64,000 nt of DNA from Alphaproteobacteria bacterium (GTDB lineage: Bacteria; Pseudomonadota; Alphaproteobacteria; CAAHEQ01; UBA3637): NCBI GenBank assembly GCA_017962565.1, contig JAGCVC010000008.1, positions 76,850-140,849 on the forward strand. Direction: 5' to 3'. Below the pieces are notes generated by a model. The model saw only the letters and a program-made list of their open reading frames with translations. It was not told the origin of the DNA and ran no database searches. The position numbers were made by a program, and so were the translations under genes. Below, one piece after another: positions 46,411 through 57,035 of the stretch (its first letter is position 1; each line of letters begins with the position of its first letter).

Positions 46411-47414
46411 TTGAGAATTTTTTAAAGAAAAACAAATTGGATAAAATACCGATTGAATGGATGCCTTCTGATGCATCTTTCCGCCACTATGCCCGCATCA
46501 AAACACCTAATAAAAATTATATTTTAATGGATGCTCCGAAACCGGAAAATCCAAAGCAGTTTGTTGTTATTGATGAAATCTTGGATAAAAACGGTTTAAG
46601 TGTTCCGAAAATTTATGATTCTGATTTTGAAAACGGTTTTCTTTTATTGGAAGATTTTGGTGATGATACCTATGCGCGTATGTTGGCAAAAGGTGCTGAT
46701 GAGTTGGAATTATATAAAACCGCCCTATCCTCTTTGGTCAAGATTGCTGAAATCAAAGATTTCGAAGGAGTTTCTTTGTATGATGACAAATGGCTCAATT
46801 ACGCTTTAACAGCTTTTACTGATTGGTTTATTCCAAACGCATTAAATCGTGAATTAACCCAAAAGGAAAAAAACTCTTTCAACAAAATTTGGAACGATTT
46901 GTATGCTTCCATTGAAAAAGCTCCAAAAGGTTTAATTTTAGTTGATTATCATATCGATAACATGATGCACTTGAAAGATAGAGCCAGTTATAAAGCTTGT
47001 GGTTTATTGGATTTCCAAGATGCAAAAGTTGGTCCGCTTGCATACGATTTAGCTTCATTGGTTGAGGATGCCAGACGTGATGTACCGAAAGAAATTCGCA
47101 AACAAATTTTGGATATGTATATCAAAGCCTTTCCAAATATGGACAAAAATTTATTCATGCGTTCTTATCACGTTGTTGCAGCAAAACGCCATGTACGTGT
47201 TATCGGCGTTTTCACACGTTTGAAGGCCCGCGATGGAAAAGATAAGTATTTAAAACATATTCCACGTGTATGGAAATTATTGGAAGAACATTTAAGTGAA
47301 CCGTATATGTTACCATTGAAAAACTGGCTTGATGAAGTTGTTCCAAACGAATTAAGAAAAACGCCAGAACGCTTATTAATTCAAAAAATAAACAATAACA
47401 ATCGTTCTCGTTAG
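46392..47414 (+). CDS. aminoglycoside-phosphotransferase-fold kinase, AmgK-like (anomeric MurNAc/GlcNAc kinase)
   Basis: ASFRHYARI, LVDYHIDNMM (HxDxxxxN), LLDFQDA. Sits between tsaE and a MurU-like gene, as in many Alphaproteobacteria. Confidence 0.7.
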   Translation: MERADLIENFLKKNKLDKIPIEWMPSDASFRHYARIKTPNKNYILMDAPKPENPKQFVVIDEILDKNGLSVPKIYDSDFENGFLLLEDFGDDTYARMLAKGADELELYKTALSSLVKIAEIKDFEGVSLYDDKWLNYALTAFTDWFIPNALNRELTQKEKNSFNKIWNDLYASIEKAPKGLILVDYHIDNMMHLKDRASYKACGLLDFQDAKVGPLAYDLASLVEDARRDVPKEIRKQILDMYIKAFPNMDKNLFMRSYHVVAAKRHVRVIGVFTRLKARDGKDKYLKHIPRVWKLLEEHLSEPYMLPLKNWLDEVVPNELRKTPERLLIQKINNNNRSR

Positions 47415-47429
47415 AAAAGGGAAAAACAA

Positions 47430-48152
47430 ATGTCTATCACTCCTAAAATTGCATTTATTTTGGCTGCCGGACGTGGAAAACGTATGGCACACTTAACGGA
47501 TGATTGTCCAAAACCGCTTATTCAAGTTAAAGGTAAAGCTTTAATTGATTACGTTGTTGAAAAAGTAAAAGCTTTGGGTATAAAAACCTGTTTTGTCAAT
47601 TTGTATTATCAAGGTGAGAAAATAGAAAAGCACCTAAAAGAAACTTATCCCGAAATGGATTTTCGTTTTGTTTGGGATTGGTGTGCCGGCTTAGAAACAG
47701 GCGGTGGCATCGAACAAGTTATTGATAAAATACGCCCTCTTGCACCGGATGGTTTTTTGGTTTTCAACAGCGATACGATTTGGACAGATACGAATCCTTC
47801 CGTCTTATCAAAAATGCTGTCTGAATTCAATTCGAAGACAACAGACATCATGTTATTATTTGAACCAAAAGAAAACGTTTTGCCACCGGAAGACGGAAAT
47901 TACTTTATCGAAAACGGGAAACCACATCGTCAAAAACCGGGGGAAAAGGATATCCCTTATTTATATGCTGGAACACAAATTGTTCATCCACGAGTTTTCG
48001 ATGGTGCTCCGCATGCGCCCTTCACTATCCGTGATTTGTTTGATAAAGCGGAAAAAAACGGACGCTTAGGATATGTTATTCATAATGGATATTTTTATCA
48101 TGTCGGCACACCAGAAGGTTTAGAAATCGCCAATAATTCAAAGGAATTATAA
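47430..48152 (+). CDS. sugar-1-phosphate nucleotidyltransferase, MurU-like
   Basis: ILAAGRGKRMAHLTDDCPKPL N-terminal NTP-transferase motif; about 240 aa. Confidence 0.7.
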   Translation: MSITPKIAFILAAGRGKRMAHLTDDCPKPLIQVKGKALIDYVVEKVKALGIKTCFVNLYYQGEKIEKHLKETYPEMDFRFVWDWCAGLETGGGIEQVIDKIRPLAPDGFLVFNSDTIWTDTNPSVLSKMLSEFNSKTTDIMLLFEPKENVLPPEDGNYFIENGKPHRQKPGEKDIPYLYAGTQIVHPRVFDGAPHAPFTIRDLFDKAEKNGRLGYVIHNGYFYHVGTPEGLEIANNSKEL

Positions 48153-50954
48153 ATGATATACACTCTTTCTTCTTCGACTTCATTTTGTGATGAATTGGCA
48201 AAGCAATGGCAAGCCGAAAAGAAAGATAATATATGGGGATTATCTCATATTACGGTTTTTGTTCCGACAATTCGTTCAGCAAAGACATTAAAAGAAGCCT
48301 TTTTACGTCAATCAGGTGGCCAAACACTTTTATTACCGAAGATAATTTCTTTTTCAAATATTGACTTTTTAATGGAAAATGTTCCTGAAGCAATTTCACC
48401 TTTGGAACGTCAATTACTTTTATCAAAGTTAGTCCAAAAGAAACAGCCTATGAGTGAAGATAAAGCTTATACGTTGGCTGCATCTTTAGCTGAATTAATT
48501 GATCAATTGCACGATTATGATGTGGACTTTCAAAAATTAAAAGACATCGTGCCTGATAATTTTGCATCTCATTGGCAACAAACACTTTCTTTTTTGGAAA
48601 TTGTCGAAACCTATTGGCCTTTAATCTTAAAAGAACGCAATCAAACAGATCCGGCTTTGCGGCAAATACGCTTGGTTGAAAATTTAATTCATCAATGGAA
48701 AGTATCTCCGCCCAAAAATCCGATAATCGCTATTGGTTTTACAGGTGGTTTACCGATTGTTGAAAAGTTTTTGAAAGCTGTAAATGAATTGCCAAACGGT
48801 GATATTTATATTCCAAATCTTGATAAATGTCTAACTGATGAAGAATGGGAAAGTTTAGATGCAACGCATCCGCAATTTTATTTAAAGAAATTATTAGAAA
48901 CGTTAAACGTCAAACGCAATCAAATTGTAGCAAAAGACGAAATAACAGATCGTTTTAAATTATTATCTATGCTATTGAAACCGGCAAAGTCCAGCGCCAA
49001 CTGGTATAAAGATGCACCAAAATTAAAAAAGAATTGTATTCAAAATTTGGAACGTATCGAGTGTAAAAATCCACAAACAGAGGCTTTTGAAATAGCATGT
49101 CGTTTACGCGAAGTTTTGGAAACCCCGGAAAAAACAGCTGCTTTGGTTACAACGGATCGTTCTCTTGCGCGTCGCGTTCATGTACAGATGACTCGTTGGG
49201 GAATTGAGTTGGATGATTCAGTCGGAACACCTTTGGCCAGAACTCCGGTTGGTACTTTTTTGATTTTGCTTGCAGAAGCAGGTGTCAGTCAGAAAAGCAC
49301 GGATTTATTGACTTTATTAAAGCATCCCCTGGCTTTGGACGGAGATGATTTTACAACTTTCAGAAAAAAAATACATCAAGCTGAAAAGCAGGCTCGTAAG
49401 GATAAAGTTCCTTTTAGTCCAAGATTGAAAACTGACTTAACTCCGTTTATGAACTTATTTGTTAATCCGGTACGGCAATCTTTAAGGTTGATCTTACAAA
49501 CACATTTGGAAACGGCACAAAGTTTGGCAACCAGCAGTGATAGAACCGGTGCAGAACGTTTGTGGGATAAAGAAGCAGGAAGTACCGCCAGTGAATTATT
49601 GACAGAACTTTTAACCTATGCTGATTTGATTGGAGATATTGAGCCAATTACTTATCCGGCATTTTTAACGGCAGTTTTAAATTCTGTCAGTGTTCGTCCT
49701 AAATATGGTATGCATCCTCGTTTGGACATTTTAGGGCCTATTGAAGCACGTTTACAGCAACCGGATGTTATCATTATTGCGGGTATGAATGAAGGAACTT
49801 TTCCACAGTTACCGGAGACAGATGCTTGGATTAACAGACCAATGCGCCAAGTTTGCGGTTTACCTGCACCGGAAGAAAAAATCGGTGTTTCAGCACAAGA
49901 TTTTATGCATCTAATGCAGGCTAAACAAGTTATTTTAACTCGTTCTTTGAAAGTTGACGGAAGTCCGACAATACCTTCTCGTTGGTGGTCAAGATTAGAT
50001 GCTGTCTTACAATGCGCCAATATTTCATGCCCGATAGAAGATGAAAAATTTATATCTTTAGTCGAAATAAAAGAAAGCTTTAATCCGGCAAAATGTCCAA
50101 AACCGACACCCCCTGTTGAAATCAGACCAACCGAATTTTCTGTTTCGGATATTTCAACATTGATGAAAGATCCTTACTCCATTTATGCAAGAAAAATTCT
50201 GAAGTTGTTTAAATTAGATGAATTAGACAATTCTATTCAAGCGATTGATTTTGGAAATGCCGTTCATAATGCACTTGCTTTATACGTGAAAAAAGGCGGT
50301 AAAAAAGTCGAAGAGTTATTGGAAATCGGAGAAAAAGCCTTTGCAAGAGAAGGCATTTACTTAGAAGAAAATCCGTTCATTATGGAAAGATTTAAACGAA
50401 TTGCCAATTGGTTTGTTTTGCAAAATACTCTGTTAGATCCGCATCAAAGTTTTGTAGAATGCCCTGCTCGGATGACATTGCCCTTGAATAAAAAAGAAAT
50501 AACAATTACGGGACGTGCTGACAGAATTGATGTATTTGGCAACAAAAAGGTATCTATCATTGATTATAAAACAGGTTCATTACCTTCCAAAAGCCAGGTT
50601 CATGCCGGGTTTGCGCCACAATTACCTTTAGAAGCCATAATGTTGGAAAAAGGTTGTTTTAAAGAAATCAGAGATGAGGAGTATTCTGTGAATAATATCA
50701 GTTATTGGCGTTTGATTGGAAAAGCAAACGGAGGAGAAATTTTAAATGTTACGCCTGATCCAAAAAAAGTGTGGCTTCCGAATTTTTGGAAAGAAATATT
50801 AGACAGATTAAGTTATTTATTATCCTGCTATCAAGACAAAAATACCCCCTATTCGGCTCATCCGCAGGTAGGACGAGAACAAACCTATAACGATTATGCC
50901 CATTTGGAACGACAAGCAGAATGGCAAGTAAAAGACGGAGATGAAGAAGAATGA
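48153..50954 (+). CDS. addB: double-strand break repair protein AddB (alphaproteobacterial type)
   Basis: About 930 aa directly upstream of and overlapping addA; C-terminal PD-(D/E)xK-like GRADRID...IIDYKTG. Confidence 0.85.
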   Translation: MIYTLSSSTSFCDELAKQWQAEKKDNIWGLSHITVFVPTIRSAKTLKEAFLRQSGGQTLLLPKIISFSNIDFLMENVPEAISPLERQLLLSKLVQKKQPMSEDKAYTLAASLAELIDQLHDYDVDFQKLKDIVPDNFASHWQQTLSFLEIVETYWPLILKERNQTDPALRQIRLVENLIHQWKVSPPKNPIIAIGFTGGLPIVEKFLKAVNELPNGDIYIPNLDKCLTDEEWESLDATHPQFYLKKLLETLNVKRNQIVAKDEITDRFKLLSMLLKPAKSSANWYKDAPKLKKNCIQNLERIECKNPQTEAFEIACRLREVLETPEKTAALVTTDRSLARRVHVQMTRWGIELDDSVGTPLARTPVGTFLILLAEAGVSQKSTDLLTLLKHPLALDGDDFTTFRKKIHQAEKQARKDKVPFSPRLKTDLTPFMNLFVNPVRQSLRLILQTHLETAQSLATSSDRTGAERLWDKEAGSTASELLTELLTYADLIGDIEPITYPAFLTAVLNSVSVRPKYGMHPRLDILGPIEARLQQPDVIIIAGMNEGTFPQLPETDAWINRPMRQVCGLPAPEEKIGVSAQDFMHLMQAKQVILTRSLKVDGSPTIPSRWWSRLDAVLQCANISCPIEDEKFISLVEIKESFNPAKCPKPTPPVEIRPTEFSVSDISTLMKDPYSIYARKILKLFKLDELDNSIQAIDFGNAVHNALALYVKKGGKKVEELLEIGEKAFAREGIYLEENPFIMERFKRIANWFVLQNTLLDPHQSFVECPARMTLPLNKKEITITGRADRIDVFGNKKVSIIDYKTGSLPSKSQVHAGFAPQLPLEAIMLEKGCFKEIRDEEYSVNNISYWRLIGKANGGEILNVTPDPKKVWLPNFWKEILDRLSYLLSCYQDKNTPYSAHPQVGREQTYNDYAHLERQAEWQVKDGDEEE

Positions 50955-53900
50955 AAGATTTAACCTTATCCGAACAGGCTAATGAATCTCAAAGACAGGC
51001 ATCAAATCCGTTTATCAGCGCATGGGTTTCTGCTTCTGCCGGTTCCGGAAAAACAAAGGTTTTGACCGATCGAGTTTTGCGGTTGTTGTTGGTCGGAAAT
51101 GCACCGGAAACAATTTTGTGTTTGACCTTTACAAAGGCCGCTGCCGCAGAAATGGCCAATCGTTTGTCAAAAACTTTGCGTGAATGGATGAGTTTAAAAG
51201 ACGAAGAATTGTTCGAAAAGTTACAGAAACTAACGGGAGATAAGGCAAAAGAGATAACCGACAAAATTGAATTTGCACGAAGCCTTTTTGCACGTGTGTT
51301 GGATACAAAAGGCGGAATGAAGATTATGACAATTCACAGTTTCTGCCAAAGCATTTTAAAACGTTTTCCTTTAGAAGCCGGTGTTTCTCCGTCTTTTGAA
51401 GTAGTAGAAGAAAATGAAGCTGCACAAATGCTTAATATGGCTATCAGGCAAACAATAAAGAACCCTGCTCTTTCTTCTCAAATGAACATTTTATCGTTGT
51501 ATTTGAACGAAGAAAAATTATTGGAAGTATTGAAGGATATTCGTAAAAATCAAACAGAATTACAGCATTTACTTGATGAACACATGGGATTGCAAAGCCT
51601 TCAAATCAAAATATATGAAAGTTTGGATGTCAAATTCGGACAAACAGAAGATGACCTGATTAAAACGGTTTATCAGGGGGATGATTTTAAGTCTTTTAGA
51701 ATGCATTATTTGACAAAGGATGATAAGAAAATCCGCGATAATATAATGGGTGATGCAGAAAAGTTCAGAATTGGAAAAGAAATATTAGCCGTCCTGGATA
51801 AAATCAAGGCTTTGAAAGTTGCCGAAGCCACTTCTGCTCTTTTAAGTGTTTCTTTCGAAATATTACGTAATTTTGATATGTTAAAGCAAAATGCTAATGT
51901 TTTAGATTATACAGATTTAATCTTAAAAACACGTGCTTTATTGGAAGAAAAAGATATGGCATCTTGGGTGCTTTATAAATTGGATGGCGGTATAGATCAT
52001 ATCTTGCTGGATGAAGCTCAAGATACCAGTCCGGATCAATGGGCTATCGTTCGTGCTATATCAGAAGAATTCTTTTCCGGTGAAGGTCGTAAAACAGATA
52101 AAATCAGAACACTTTTTGCCGTGGGAGATAAAAAGCAATCAATTTATCGTTTCCAAGGTGCTGATGCCGAAGAGTTTGAACGTATGCGCCAATTTTTTGC
52201 AAAACGTATACCCGATTCTCAAAATGAATTTAAAGATATTCCTTTAAACATCTCTTTCCGTTCGACACAAGCAGTTTTGGATATGGTCAATTATTTATTG
52301 AGAAATAAAACCGCTTGTCGCGGAATTTTAAATCCAAAAGAAGACGGCACACATTTTGCTTATCGGACCGGTCAGGCCGGATTAGTTGAGGTTTGGCCAT
52401 TAGAGGAACATAACAAAAAAGAAAAAGAAGACGCTTGGGAAATATCTGATATTGAAAACTTGAAGGCTTCTTCAGCAGCAAGATTGTCGGCCAGAATTGC
52501 CGAACGAATTGCAAAAATGATCTTCGGAAAAGAAAAATTAGTTTCCAAAAATCGCCCTATTCGTCCGTCAGATATTATGATTTTGGTTCGCAGTCGAGAT
52601 CGTCAGGAAATTGTGTCCGAACTGCTACGAGCTTTAAAGAAAGAAAAGATTCCTGTTGCCGATATAGACAGATTAATCCTGAATAAACATATAGCTATAA
52701 TGGATTTAATTTCGCTGACTTCTTTCCTTTTATTGCCAGATGATGATTTGTCTTTGGCTGAAATTTTAAAAAGTCCTCTTTTTGATATTTCAGAAAAAGA
52801 ATTGCTTGATTTAGCATATAACCGAGGCGAAAATTCTTTATGGTCACAAGTAGCATTAAAGCGTAAAGACATCTATGAAGTTTTAAAAAACATACTAAGT
52901 AAAGTGGATGCAATGCCGCCGTTTGAGTTGTATTCCTATATATTGGATGTTCTGCATATGCGTGAAAAATTCTTAAAACGTATGGGTAATGAAACAAATG
53001 AAATGTTGGATGAATTTTTAAATTTAGCTTTAAGTTATGAACAAAATCATTCCATCAGTTTAGAAGGCTTTTTAAAGTTTTTAAAGGATGATGATATAGA
53101 AATCAAACGCGATTTGGACAATTCAGAAATTAATGCCGTTCGTATTATGACTATACATGGCTCCAAAGGTTTACAATCAAACATAGTCTTTCTGCCTGAC
53201 GCTTTTTCAAAAATCGAAAGAAAACCAAGTTTTATTTGGAATAAAAATTTACCGATTTGGATACCCTACGCGGATTTAAGAACACAAAAATGTGAAAGGA
53301 TTTTAAATAAAATAGCAGATGCAGAAACAGATGAATATAATCGTTTGCTTTATGTTGCTTTGACTCGTGCTCAGGACAGACTGTATATTTGCGGATTTGA
53401 AACCGGCAGAAAACCGCCACAAAATAACTGGTACAATATGATAGCCGAATCACTTCCGAAATTTGATGTAACGGAAGGTGCGACTTTACTATCCACACAA
53501 ACAGAAGCTATGGAAAAAGAAAAAAAGGAAGTAAAGAAGTTATTAGCAGATTTTGAAGAACCTGAATGGTTTAAAAATAACGCACCGACAGAACCTGTGC
53601 CAAGCAGACCATTGTCCCCATCTAGATTAACCCAAACAGAGCCTGCTGCTGACTCTCCGGTAACACCAGAGCAGGAAAAGGCAATGATTCGCGGAACATT
53701 TATTCATAAGTTATTACAATTTTTGCCTAATATAGAACCGGCCGCAAGACGCAGTTTCATCAAAAAACTGACCCCGAAAGATATTCAACCGCCGTTTGAA
53801 TTGCTGAATTTATTACAAAAACCTGAATTGAAGAAATTATTCGAGGCCGATTCGTTACCTGAAGTGCCTATTGTCGGAACAACATCTGATGGAAAAGCAA

Positions 53901-54121
53901 TTTCCGGACAAATTGATCGTTTAGTTGTTTGTGATGATGAAGTTTTGATTATTGATTACAAGACAAACAGATTCCCGCCAAAAACAGAAAAAGATATTCC
54001 TTTGGCGTATATAGAGCAAATGAATGCATATAAAGACTTGCTAAAAAATATTTTTGATGGTAAAAAAATAAAATGTTTCTTATTATGGACGGCGACTCTA
54101 ACTTTAATGGAGATAAAATGA
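50951..54121 (+). CDS. addA: double-strand break repair helicase/nuclease AddA
   Basis: UvrD-type ASAGSGKTKVLTDR, LLDEAQDTSP, VGDKKQSIYRFQGA, and C-terminal nuclease GQIDRLVV...IIDYKT. Confidence 0.95.
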   Translation: MKDLTLSEQANESQRQASNPFISAWVSASAGSGKTKVLTDRVLRLLLVGNAPETILCLTFTKAAAAEMANRLSKTLREWMSLKDEELFEKLQKLTGDKAKEITDKIEFARSLFARVLDTKGGMKIMTIHSFCQSILKRFPLEAGVSPSFEVVEENEAAQMLNMAIRQTIKNPALSSQMNILSLYLNEEKLLEVLKDIRKNQTELQHLLDEHMGLQSLQIKIYESLDVKFGQTEDDLIKTVYQGDDFKSFRMHYLTKDDKKIRDNIMGDAEKFRIGKEILAVLDKIKALKVAEATSALLSVSFEILRNFDMLKQNANVLDYTDLILKTRALLEEKDMASWVLYKLDGGIDHILLDEAQDTSPDQWAIVRAISEEFFSGEGRKTDKIRTLFAVGDKKQSIYRFQGADAEEFERMRQFFAKRIPDSQNEFKDIPLNISFRSTQAVLDMVNYLLRNKTACRGILNPKEDGTHFAYRTGQAGLVEVWPLEEHNKKEKEDAWEISDIENLKASSAARLSARIAERIAKMIFGKEKLVSKNRPIRPSDIMILVRSRDRQEIVSELLRALKKEKIPVADIDRLILNKHIAIMDLISLTSFLLLPDDDLSLAEILKSPLFDISEKELLDLAYNRGENSLWSQVALKRKDIYEVLKNILSKVDAMPPFELYSYILDVLHMREKFLKRMGNETNEMLDEFLNLALSYEQNHSISLEGFLKFLKDDDIEIKRDLDNSEINAVRIMTIHGSKGLQSNIVFLPDAFSKIERKPSFIWNKNLPIWIPYADLRTQKCERILNKIADAETDEYNRLLYVALTRAQDRLYICGFETGRKPPQNNWYNMIAESLPKFDVTEGATLLSTQTEAMEKEKKEVKKLLADFEEPEWFKNNAPTEPVPSRPLSPSRLTQTEPAADSPVTPEQEKAMIRGTFIHKLLQFLPNIEPAARRSFIKKLTPKDIQPPFELLNLLQKPELKKLFEADSLPEVPIVGTTSDGKAISGQIDRLVVCDDEVLIIDYKTNRFPPKTEKDIPLAYIEQMNAYKDLLKNIFDGKKIKCFLLWTATLTLMEIK

Positions 54122-54873
54122 AAAAACTATTTGTTCTTTTTACTTTATTGATCTTGGCGGCTTGTGCACCATCCGAACCCAGAATCAAAGGTTTTTCTTC
54201 TGAGACTTTCTTGGCAAACGACATTCAGTTGTCCGGTCAGGTTAAAGAAATAAAGCATGGAGAAAAACTCCGCGTTTATATCGATGGTAATGCAAGAACT
54301 ACCGGCTTCTTCAAAAAAAGAGCAACTTTGGATTATCCTGTTGCAGCTAAATTGGCTCAAAAGGATAAATATCCATACATTTTATATTTGAATCGTCCTT
54401 GTTACTTCGTTGATGACGAAAGATGCACTCCGGAAGCATGGGAATCTGGTCGGTACTTACCTGAAATTATAGAAGAAATGCGTCAAGCTTTGTTACAAAT
54501 CAAAATGAAGTATCGCATTCCGGAGTTTGAATTTGTCGGGTATGACGGTGGTGCTGCGATTGCTCTGCTTTTAGCAACTAGAATAAAAAATATGCCTATC
54601 AAAGTCTATACAATCGCCGGTATTTTAGATACTGCGCAATATGCACTTTTAACAGATGAAAAATTGCATCCAGAAACTTTAAACCCTGCTTCGGAAGGAT
54701 TTTCCTTGTCTAATATTCCACAAGTTCACTTGGTCGGCGCAAAAGATAAACAAATTCCACTTAGTTTAACAAAAGATTACGCTAAACGAGTTCCAAATCC
54801 TGTTTTAATGCAAATTAAATCCTATCCGTCAGCTGACCATTTTAACTGGGCAAATTTTAAAATAGAATATTAA
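54118..54873 (+). CDS. lipoprotein, alpha/beta-fold-like, unknown function
   Basis: The ATG at 54118 overlaps the addA stop (ATGA). Lipobox LILAAC. GYDGG sits where a GxSxG would be expected. Confidence 0.55.
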   Translation: MKKLFVLFTLLILAACAPSEPRIKGFSSETFLANDIQLSGQVKEIKHGEKLRVYIDGNARTTGFFKKRATLDYPVAAKLAQKDKYPYILYLNRPCYFVDDERCTPEAWESGRYLPEIIEEMRQALLQIKMKYRIPEFEFVGYDGGAAIALLLATRIKNMPIKVYTIAGILDTAQYALLTDEKLHPETLNPASEGFSLSNIPQVHLVGAKDKQIPLSLTKDYAKRVPNPVLMQIKSYPSADHFNWANFKIEY

Positions 54874-55343
54874 TTTAAAAACGCACTGATTAAATTCAAA
54901 TAAGCGGCAAATATACACCAAACAAAATACGGTAATAAAAGCAAGCCGGCTAGTTTAGAATATTTTAAATATGCGAAAGTCATCAGCCCTACGACCAAGC
55001 AAAGTAATATCAAAATAGCAAAGCCAAACCAAAGTGCGTGTGCAACAAAAAAAGCATAACTCCAAATAATCTGAATGAGTAATTGAACAAAAAATATTGA
55101 ATGACCGCCCTTCTTCCAAACTAATGCGGCAGATATAGCTATCAAAGCATATAAAACTGTCCAAGCCAGCGCAAAAGTAATTGGTGGTGGTGTTAAAGAA
55201 GAATGGAATAATGTGTCATACCATTCCATCTGCGCCGGTGTTTGCAAAAACGCCGTAATGAAAAAACCAACGCCATAGGTTAAACATAAAAGAAAAAAAA
55301 GCCTAATGATTTGTCGCTTTGATTGCAAAATTGATGTTGTCAT
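54870..55343 (-). CDS. tspO: TspO/MBR tryptophan-rich sensory protein
   Basis: Five TM segments, WY..L.....PP...F...W..LY and W..LFF motifs, about 157 aa. Confidence 0.85.
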   Translation of the reverse strand: MTTSILQSKRQIIRLFFLLCLTYGVGFFITAFLQTPAQMEWYDTLFHSSLTPPPITFALAWTVLYALIAISAALVWKKGGHSIFFVQLLIQIIWSYAFFVAHALWFGFAILILLCLVVGLMTFAYLKYSKLAGLLLLPYFVWCIFAAYLNLISAFLN

Positions 55344-56091
55344 TTTGTTTTAAAATCCCTTCCAAAGTATATCCGATAACACTCAACTCCTCTGGAGAGG
55401 ACAAAGAATGCCCTGCATCTTTGATACAAATAATTTGCACATCTTTGGAAGTCAAGACATCTTTAATTCGAAATGTTGTTTGGAAAGGAACTAATTGATC
55501 TTTGTCACCGCAAATCAAGCGCACAGAGCCGGAGTAATCAAGTTTTTCCGTTAAAATATAATGCTCTGCAGCATCTACAAACATTTGATAAGTAAAACAA
55601 TACCCCCTTGTTTCTTCTGAAGGACCGAAAATTGCACCGTTTTTTAATTGAATGCGGTGATTTTCGTTTAATAAATTATCCCACACAAATTTCATAAAGT
55701 CTGCTCCGGCTGCAAGTCCGACAAAGGCAGATACTTTTTCCGAATAATGTTTACATAATAATAAACCAATCCATCCGCCCATACTGCTTCCGACTATAAT
55801 TTGGGGAACTTTTACGTATTTATTTAAGACATCAATGGCATCTTTTAAACAACGGCTAATCATAAAATCGTATGGTTTTCCCCATGATTTGCCATGCGCA
55901 GTAAAATCAAAAGATAAATACGAAAGTCCGTGGGCTTTTGCAAATGCTTTTAAATACTGTCCTTTTTTACTTTTCATAGATGAAAGAAGACCGTGTAAAT
56001 AAACTATTCCCGCTTTTGTTGCGTCTTTTCCCGGTATAAATTCGACATTTAAAAAAGTACCATCCTCACGTTTAAATATTTCTGTTGTCAT
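55303..56091 (-). CDS. alpha/beta hydrolase
   Basis: VYLHGLLSS oxyanion region, GSSMGG nucleophile elbow, C-terminal DAGHS. Confidence 0.8.
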   Translation of the reverse strand: MTTEIFKREDGTFLNVEFIPGKDATKAGIVYLHGLLSSMKSKKGQYLKAFAKAHGLSYLSFDFTAHGKSWGKPYDFMISRCLKDAIDVLNKYVKVPQIIVGSSMGGWIGLLLCKHYSEKVSAFVGLAAGADFMKFVWDNLLNENHRIQLKNGAIFGPSEETRGYCFTYQMFVDAAEHYILTEKLDYSGSVRLICGDKDQLVPFQTTFRIKDVLTSKDVQIICIKDAGHSLSSPEELSVIGYTLEGILKQNDNINFAIKATNH

Positions 56092-56163
56092 TTTTTAACC
56101 TTACACTTGATATTTATTTTGATTTGTAGCATACTGCAAAAGATAAAAAAAGAAAACATTAAA

Positions 56164-56895
56164 ATGAAGAAAGTAGCAATTAACATCTTTAGAATTCTTT
56201 TCGATACGTTTTTACCACCACGTTGTGTAATTTGCCATGATGTTGTGTACAAAGAAAACGGTCTGTGTCACAAGTGTTTTAAAAATATTTCTTTTCTGTC
56301 TGATCAAAGTTGTCCCGTTTGTGGCAGGCCCTATACATTTCCGGTAGAAGAAAGCGAACTTATTTGCGGAAAGTGCCTATCTAATCCGCCTCAATTGCAA
56401 GGATTAAAAGCTGTCTTTGCTTATGATGATTACTCGAAAAAACTGATATTGCCTTTTAAGCATGCCGACAGAACTGATTTAGTTCCTTTTCTAAGTAAAT
56501 TGCTTTATTATCGAGGAAAGAGTGTTTTAAAAAATGCAGATTACATTATTCCTGTTCCGTTGTATTGGCAACGCTTAGTAAAAAGAAAATATAATCAATC
56601 TGCCTTATTGGCAGTAAAATTATCAAAACTTGTTGAAAGACCATTTCTTTTAAATACTTTGCTTCGTATAAAAAAGACACAATCTCAAGGACATAAGAAT
56701 CGTGAGGAAAGAATTAAAAATATTCAGAACGCCTTCTGTGTTCGTCATCCGGAGAAAATAAAAGGAAAAACAATCGTTTTAATAGATGATGTCTACACGA
56801 CAGGAGCTACATTAAACGAATGTGCAAAAGTTTTACGACAGGCTGGCGCAAAACGTGTAGAGGCTTTGGTATTAGCACGTGTATGTTATTTCTAA
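56164..56895 (+). CDS. comF: ComF family protein (phosphoribosyltransferase-like)
   Basis: N-terminal double zinc finger CVICHD...CHKC...CPVCG...CGKC; C-terminal PRTase loop VLIDDVYTTGATL. Confidence 0.8.
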   Translation: MKKVAINIFRILFDTFLPPRCVICHDVVYKENGLCHKCFKNISFLSDQSCPVCGRPYTFPVEESELICGKCLSNPPQLQGLKAVFAYDDYSKKLILPFKHADRTDLVPFLSKLLYYRGKSVLKNADYIIPVPLYWQRLVKRKYNQSALLAVKLSKLVERPFLLNTLLRIKKTQSQGHKNREERIKNIQNAFCVRHPEKIKGKTIVLIDDVYTTGATLNECAKVLRQAGAKRVEALVLARVCYF

Positions 56896-56905
56896 TAAAA
56901 AGTAT

Positions 56906-56934
56906 TTGACATTGAACTATCCTTCTTATAGAAT
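56906..56934 (+). promoter_or_regulatory. sigma70-type promoter TTGACA-17-TAGAAT for the pilin-like gene
   Basis: TTGACA 56906..56911, 17-nt spacer, TAGAAT 56929..56934; leaves an AT-rich leader of about 95 nt. Confidence 0.55.
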
Positions 56935-57035
56935 TTTGGCAGATTAGGTCTGCATGGAGTATTTTTAACTTTATTTTAACCTTATTTTTTTACAGTGATA
57001 AAAAAGGTTTATTTTTAAAAAAGGAGATTGATACA

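Noticed and set aside
56935-57035. Riboswitch or attenuator in the leader of the pilin-like gene
   Set aside because: Only weak AT-rich hairpins are present (GCAGA/TCTGC; AACCTT/AAGGTT with a mismatch), and nothing resembles a known riboswitch core. This is too weak to call.
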